Virus record (IMG/VR): IMGVR_UViG_3300021959_000011
Coordinates: 64,001-128,000 of that record
Origin: a virus
Reading direction: 5' to 3' (one strand)
Length of the DNA stretch: 64,000 bases
The notes under the pieces: generated by a model
The model's database searches: none
What the model saw: only the letters and a program-made list of their open reading frames with translations
Told to the model about the DNA's origin: nothing
Position numbers and translations under genes: made by a program
In this document: positions 58,346 through 64,000 of the stretch, piece by piece
How positions within the stretch are numbered: the stretch's first letter is position 1
Layout: every line of letters starts with the position of its first letter

Positions 58346-58768
58346 GTTGCAATTCCTTAAATGGTTTCAAGGTCTTTGCAAATGCGCGGGCGTTATCTTC
58401 ATTCAAGAAGAATTTAGTCGTGACTTCAGGACCACCTTCGCGTGACCAAGGTGAAGAAAAATCGATATGTTTTACCTCATATCCATAAATTTCTCTGCGA
58501 TCTCCCACATTTTTAACTTTTACAATATGTGGACTTCTTTTCTTTTCCATTTTATATTCACTCTCCATACTACAGTTGATTTATTCAATATAACAGATGT
58601 TTATTTATTTGTCAATGGTTTTTCGCAGTTAGTTAAACAATATTTATTTAACTGGTTAGTTGTTGTTTCACACAAATAGGTAAATGCACCGGCGCAGATT
58701 ACTACAAAAATCAAAAAGTATGTAAACTTTGACCTTATTTCCATAGTGAGTAAAGACATGACCTTTCC

Positions 58769-59206
58769 TTAGGCGTTGCTGGTTTCTTTTGACAATAAAT
58801 CAGGAAAGGTTTCGCGAACTAATTTTTCTGTGACTCCAGAAATTTTAAATTTTTTGCAGATAATCTTAACTAAAATTTCTGCATCATTTGCGTTTAAACT
58901 TTCTAGTTGTCTGACAAGTATACGTTCTTTTTGTTTCTCTGATTGATTTTTCATATTTTCAGTATAAAATAGATGTATTTTTCGCATTGCCAATGTCATG
59001 TTACTTATAGACAAACCAGCAGGATCATCAGCTGGGGTCCACATAGGTAGTGTCTTCTGGGTATAACCAAAGTCAATATTTTTTTCAAACATATGAATTA
59101 ATATAGTTTGTAAAGTTTTATTATTATTATTTATTAAAATATCTTTTTTAGCGTTCACAGATCTGGTACTTTCTAATTCTTGCACCAATTCATGAAAAAG
59201 TTTCAT
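58769..59206 (-). CDS. conserved hypothetical protein downstream of rnh
   Basis: K.E......LE.L...DAEIL...K....G.T..LV.E.FPDL. Confidence 0.65.
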   Translation of the reverse strand: MKLFHELVQELESTRSVNAKKDILINNNNKTLQTILIHMFEKNIDFGYTQKTLPMWTPADDPAGLSISNMTLAMRKIHLFYTENMKNQSEKQKERILVRQLESLNANDAEILVKIICKKFKISGVTEKLVRETFPDLLSKETSNA

Positions 59207-60074
59207 ATTCTTGTTCCTTAAAATTTGATATCTCATCCATCATGAGTACCATTTTGTTTTCTATAAAATAGTTAAATACTTTTTGCATATCACCTTCGGG
59301 AGTTTTACTAAACTGAGATAAAACTTCTTCTTGTATTGCAGCGGGCACGAATGTTAAATCCACTAACTGTTCGTTTCTACGATATCGTGCCAACATATTT
59401 GCATCACAAAAATCTTCAGGGTTTCTACCAGTATCCAACCAATCTTCTAGTTTTTTCTTAGATAAAGGTTTTTGTCTTTTTTCGTTTACAAAAACATCAT
59501 CATCAGAAAGAACATTAGGAACACCATCACCACGATCTCCGCGAATAATATGTTCACGAATATATTTATAAGGGTCTTCTGTCACTAAAAATTTCTTTAG
59601 AATAGGACTATATTGAGTCACATTAGGATATCGTTGCAACTGTTTAAAGTCTTTATCACTTGAAATTATAAGTATTTTCTCCTTAGTAGAAAACTGTTTA
59701 GTAAGAGTACCAATGATATCATCAGCCTCAGTCCTATCTACCTCGATAATTTTATAAGGAAATACCTTACGCAAATCTTGTTTTGTCTGCGTAATAGTAT
59801 TAAAGATAAGATTCCAATCATAACCAGAATCTTCTCTTGTTTTTTTACGCATACCTTTGTAGTAAGGAAATACATCCTTTCTCCAAAAGTTTTTATTGTC
59901 GCAACATATTACAATGTTACCATAATCATTCGCAAATCTTTTCTTGATACTAAGAATACTGTTTAGTATCATATGTTTTATTAGGTTTTGATCAAGCTCT
60001 TCTTCATCAGATAACTTGTTTATTTGTACCATTAGATTTGAAATGACCACTTGATTTAGGTCGATCAATATCAT
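59190..60074 (-). CDS. rnh: T4 RNase H (5'-3' exonuclease, FEN family)
   Basis: LIDLNQ, WRK..FPYYK..RK, EADDIIG, SSDKDF.QL, GDRGDGVPN. Confidence 0.95.
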   Translation of the reverse strand: MILIDLNQVVISNLMVQINKLSDEEELDQNLIKHMILNSILSIKKRFANDYGNIVICCDNKNFWRKDVFPYYKGMRKKTREDSGYDWNLIFNTITQTKQDLRKVFPYKIIEVDRTEADDIIGTLTKQFSTKEKILIISSDKDFKQLQRYPNVTQYSPILKKFLVTEDPYKYIREHIIRGDRGDGVPNVLSDDDVFVNEKRQKPLSKKKLEDWLDTGRNPEDFCDANMLARYRRNEQLVDLTFVPAAIQEEVLSQFSKTPEGDMQKVFNYFIENKMVLMMDEISNFKEQEYETFS

Positions 60075-60146
60075 AATATCACCATTATTTTGTTTACATT
60101 ATTATTTATACACCAATTATAACATTAAATGTTGCAACTGTCAAGA

Positions 60147-60460
60147 CTAAAATGGTACTTCTGGAGAATCTTCTTCAGATTTTCCAACAATTTTTACGAT
60201 TTCTACGCGATTGAATGTAGTTTCGTCTTGTTTGTCGTATTCATTAAACGAGTGTTTTTTCACCGTACCGTTAAATGTAAAACATACTCCAACATCCAAC
60301 TCTGGTTTTTCGTCGGAAAAGAATACACCAAATTTATTGGTTCTGGTAATAAATTTATATACATGGCGTAAACCATAGTCTGTGCGTACTTTTCGCACAC
60401 CAAGAATTTTACCATACCAAACATCACGTTCCATTAGTTTACCAATATATTTGTTTTCCA
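60147..60460 (-). CDS. OB-fold-like hypothetical protein
   Basis: G..F.F.GTVKKH..N.Y....ET..NRV. Confidence 0.5.
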
Positions 60461-61030
60461 TTATACAACCTCGAACCATTCTGGGATATCTCGACCTGTC
60501 CAAATCATTTGGAAACGGTCTTGTTTTGTCTGATAAAATGCCTGATATGATTTAACAGGACATTCAAACATACATTCTGGGTTAGACTTCATTGCAAGTT
60601 TAAATGGTGTATACAAGTTTGACCAGTTAGTATGCGATGGAGGACGTTTTAGTATATCGCGCAATAAAGTGTCAGTAGAATGCACTTTATTGTACCTATA
60701 AGTGTACTCGTTACACAACCCAACAAAATGTTTGTAGTGCCACTCATAGTTTGCATTACTCTCCATTGTCCACAATGTAGAAGGGTGGCCTGGATGTACT
60801 GCCTTGTATAGTACATTTTCCATATTACTATTTGGATGTACCCAATACTTAACCATACGTTTGCCAGATTTAGATGGACGTTTGGTTTCTCTACCGTCAA
60901 GCATACGATGAGCAGTTGACAACATTTGTGCAGATTCAACAATCATTTTCACAACATGTTTATCACATTGCAGTTGTGCAGCAATTACAGGATCGTTATC
61001 TAGTCTGAAAATATTCATGTACGTACTCAC
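60461..61030 (-). CDS. pyrimidine-dimer DNA glycosylase-like protein
   Basis: MNIF.LD.DP..AAQ..CDKHVVKMIVESAQMLSTAH, H..HP.T.W, EYTYRY.K.H. Confidence 0.8.
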   Translation of the reverse strand: MSTYMNIFRLDNDPVIAAQLQCDKHVVKMIVESAQMLSTAHRMLDGRETKRPSKSGKRMVKYWVHPNSNMENVLYKAVHPGHPSTLWTMESNANYEWHYKHFVGLCNEYTYRYNKVHSTDTLLRDILKRPPSHTNWSNLYTPFKLAMKSNPECMFECPVKSYQAFYQTKQDRFQMIWTGRDIPEWFEVV

Positions 61031-61058
61031 TGTTATTGACTATACGTACATATTACCA

Positions 61059-61628
61059 CTATGATTCCGTATTGTCAAGTAAAAATTTACAAATATAAAA
61101 AGAATCTACTATATCAGAAACAGGATTGCCTACTTTTTCACTTTTGATTTCAAATTCATCTTGCAGATTTCTACCACCATCAGAAATAAAACTCTCATAC
61201 ATCATTTCTTTTTTCGCATTTCCCTTACCACTGGCGAATTTTTTGATGACTGTAGGAGCTACCACTTGATATGATAATTCTGCCTGCCATAATTTCCATT
61301 TTAGAAGTCCAGCATTTTCTGCGATATGAAATACTTTTCCTGTAGAACCATAACTATAATCTTCTAATGCAATAGTGTCAATTTCGTCCGTAATAAGAAT
61401 GTCCATTGCCCAATCAGAAATGAAATCATATCGTTCTTCTGCGCTCTCAAAATCCGATAGATTTTGTTGTCCATCTATATTTTTATAATTATAGTTTGAA
61501 AGTTTTTTCTTGTTAGATAAAAAGTATATCTTGCATTTTTCAAAACTAAAGTCTTGTTCTTCACCAACATATGTACACACCGCTGGTGATGTTAAACTAT
61601 AGTCTATTCCTCCGATTCGCCGTACCAT
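61059..61628 (-). CDS. RuvC-like (RNase H fold) nuclease
   Basis: GIDYSLTSP, LEDY, P..IKKFA.GKGNA.KE.M, DIVDS. Confidence 0.8.
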   Translation of the reverse strand: MVRRIGGIDYSLTSPAVCTYVGEEQDFSFEKCKIYFLSNKKKLSNYNYKNIDGQQNLSDFESAEERYDFISDWAMDILITDEIDTIALEDYSYGSTGKVFHIAENAGLLKWKLWQAELSYQVVAPTVIKKFASGKGNAKKEMMYESFISDGGRNLQDEFEIKSEKVGNPVSDIVDSFYICKFLLDNTES

Positions 61629-61789
61629 TCTTCATCCTCATCCATATAAGAGTCACTGTCTAATATATAGTCATCCAGAGACTCCCCACAGGCGGGGCAG
61701 AATTTTACGGTTTCATCTTCGTCTACGTATTTAACAATAAATTCAACACCACAATAGTTACAATCTTGCAGCTGTTTATTCTTAGGCAT
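61604..61789 (-). CDS. small zinc-ribbon protein
   Basis: CNYC...FCPACG. Confidence 0.75.
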   Translation of the reverse strand: MPKNKQLQDCNYCGVEFIVKYVDEDETVKFCPACGESLDDYILDSDSYMDEDEEWYGESEE

Positions 61790-61860
61790 AGTTGTGTTCT
61801 CCCAAATACCAGAAATTATTTAGGAGAACACTAATTTTAAAATGGTGTCTGAAAACCTAC

Positions 61861-63999
61861 TTAAAAGGTAATTTCACACGCTCCACCCTGACAAGCTACC
61901 GCACCCATCGTGTCAATATCTGTAAAGGTTTTATCTGTTAATTGATTTACAAAATCAATAGGTTGAATATTTTGTTGAATTTTTGTCCACTTATGTAATA
62001 GGAAAACATCTTTCAAACAATATTCTGCGTCTTTCATATCACCACCAAAATAATTATCTGCAAATTTATTAAATCTACGAATCCATTCTGCACGTAAGTC
62101 TGATAACTCACCTTGGAATTCTGGTGGCATTTGTGCGATAGATGTTGCTTCCCACAGGTCGGTAAATCCCTTTCTGGTGTCAACAATCAACCCTGCAGCA
62201 AACATAGAAGCACGTCCATGTTTTGCGACAATCTGTTCTTCGGTTAACACTTCAGTCATTGGAGCTTGATTGAAATCTTTATCACCAGATCCAGACAAGA
62301 ATGATACCCCTGCAAAGTAGTTTTTATTTGCAAAGAGATAACCTTCAACTTGACCCCACATATGTTCTGGTACTGTTACAGTATTTGATACATTATGTCT
62401 CAATGTTGAGTCTGCACACAAATGTTCATTTGTGCCGGCCTCTACCCAATTTTGTTGTACTAGTTGTACTTTTTCAAGTAAATCCACACCAAATAAATCT
62501 TCTTTATATAAAGAACCTTTTGGTGAAATTACAGGAAATGCAATACAATAATCGGTACGATTGGTTGACCATACAGACTCTTCTACCATGTATGGGTTAG
62601 TTTCGGCAATCAAGTTTGCAACTTCTGCCTCTTTATTCATCTGTACGTGTCTAAGGTATCTTGGAGAATGTTCGGCATGAATACCAGAAGCAGTTTCTAA
62701 GAGTACGGAAGCATTACCAGATGGTTTTACACAAGTTGTACGAGCTGCAGCATTAATATTAAGTAACTCTGCAACTTCCTTATTTACTTGTTTTACAATA
62801 TTCGCACCTTCGATTTGAATTTCTGAATCTAATAGGATATCTGGATTGTTCATCCAACCAGTTACAGAAACACCCAATAAGGCTTCTCTCTGAAAAATTT
62901 TCGTTGAAGATTCAGACAAATATTTAAAGTTTGTATATCCTGCCTGTAATGTACCCATAATAGCACCGGCACGACATGCCTTAAAGAACTCTTCTTTAGT
63001 TGTGCATTTTGCACCATTAATTTCTGTTAGATTACATCCCTGCCAACCAGACTCGCCGTCAATCTGTGGATACATACCAATCTCAACACATGGGTTTGTA
63101 GTATGTTCTTTAGATTCCACAAAGTAAAATCCTGGCTCTCCAAACTCCTTAATAGATTTCATTGCGTTAGAAAATTCTTCTTTTGTAATTTCATCTCGTA
63201 CAATTACAGCAGAGTTATTTGATCTACCACGTTGCGGATTGTCTATAAACCAATTACCTGTTTTTGCAGTCAACATTTCCTCATCGTCTGGTGAGAATAA
63301 ACATATCGTAGCACTACGTCTAACACCCCCAGCAAGGACAGCATCAGCAGCGTGCATACAAATGTCATACACATGAATAGGACTTAGCCTAGTAACGCCA
63401 GAGAGTACTAGTCCTTGCAACATATGTTCAATTTTGTCCAAGGATTTGCGTAGTGGTTCTGGTCCAGGCGCCTTAAACCCTCCACTAATTTCTGCACCTT
63501 TTGGTCTTACTTGAGACAGATCGAAATATACTTTACGACCTTCAAAATCTGGATGCGTACCACCACCCACGAAATATGATGACATGAGAACACCAAGTGA
63601 ATCTGCCCATCCTTCGATTGAATCTTCTACGTTCCAACCTTTTGCCTGTTTTTTTCTTTCTGCAATATTCGGTAATCTATCTACATGATGTTTTTGTACT
63701 GAAAATCCAGCACCAGCACCACACAAAAGAACATAAAAAAGTTCATTAAAGAATGCAGGTCTATCTGCATACGAAGATGTACAATTATACATTCTCATCT
63801 GATGTTTCAGTAATTGATCTCCACCAAATTGTAAAGCTCGTTGGGCACCCAATGCATATTTCAATTTATAAAGATTTTCAGCTTCATCAATCAATAATCC
63901 TAATTCTGGATTCATGATTTCTTTATAATATCCTCTATGCATATCCATTACTCTCGCAACAGATTCTTCCCAAGTTTCGTATCTATCTTTATCATCATT
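61861..63999 (-). CDS. nrdJ: class II (B12-dependent) ribonucleotide reductase, 5' end outside the window
   Basis: RYETWEE, YNC, GVRRSA, TNPCVEI, GCNLTEIN, VKPSGNAS, C-terminal CQGGAC; frame open to the window edge. Confidence 0.92.
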   Translation of the reverse strand, partial: NDDKDRYETWEESVARVMDMHRGYYKEIMNPELGLLIDEAENLYKLKYALGAQRALQFGGDQLLKHQMRMYNCTSSYADRPAFFNELFYVLLCGAGAGFSVQKHHVDRLPNIAERKKQAKGWNVEDSIEGWADSLGVLMSSYFVGGGTHPDFEGRKVYFDLSQVRPKGAEISGGFKAPGPEPLRKSLDKIEHMLQGLVLSGVTRLSPIHVYDICMHAADAVLAGGVRRSATICLFSPDDEEMLTAKTGNWFIDNPQRGRSNNSAVIVRDEITKEEFSNAMKSIKEFGEPGFYFVESKEHTTNPCVEIGMYPQIDGESGWQGCNLTEINGAKCTTKEEFFKACRAGAIMGTLQAGYTNFKYLSESSTKIFQREALLGVSVTGWMNNPDILLDSEIQIEGANIVKQVNKEVAELLNINAAARTTCVKPSGNASVLLETASGIHAEHSPRYLRHVQMNKEAEVANLIAETNPYMVEESVWSTNRTDYCIAFPVISPKGSLYKEDLFGVDLLEKVQLVQQNWVEAGTNEHLCADSTLRHNVSNTVTVPEHMWGQVEGYLFANKNYFAGVSFLSGSGDKDFNQAPMTEVLTEEQIVAKHGRASMFAAGLIVDTRKGFTDLWEATSIAQMPPEFQGELSDLRAEWIRRFNKFADNYFGGDMKDAEYCLKDVFLLHKWTKIQQNIQPIDFVNQLTDKTFTDIDTMGAVACQGGACEITF

Positions 64000-64000
64000 C

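Noticed and set aside
56734-63999. Group I introns or inteins in td or nrdJ
   Set aside because: Both reading frames are continuous, of ordinary length, and lack splicing motifs in the visible part.

Overview
AT-rich 64-kb segment of a large T4-like myophage genome, with most genes on the minus strand. Core T4-type genes are gp32, gp59, gp33, dsbA, rnh, frd, td, a class II ribonucleotide reductase, phoH and an exonuclease. There are many TATAAATA late promoters and strong sigma70-type early promoters. Several features independently point to an alphaproteobacterial host, probably marine Rhodobacterales-like: a circularly permuted two-piece tmRNA (tag ANDNFAPVEMAIAA), TGATTCG (GANTC) motifs at early promoters, DUF1127, cytochrome c2 and an aa3-oxidase subunit IV homologue. 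The most striking accessory locus (11.7-18.8 kb) is a late-promoter operon that joins curli-type secretion genes (csgF, csgG, two curlin-like proteins) to a FecR-domain protein and a CHASE2 adenylate cyclase, a candidate phage-encoded trans-envelope signalling system. Also present are a respiratory mini-operon, four tRNAs, several candidate structured ncRNAs, and an opposite-strand island of two parallel four-gene fibre cassettes whose lead proteins carry type-1 copper-like motifs. All calls come from motif recognition by eye; no database search was run.
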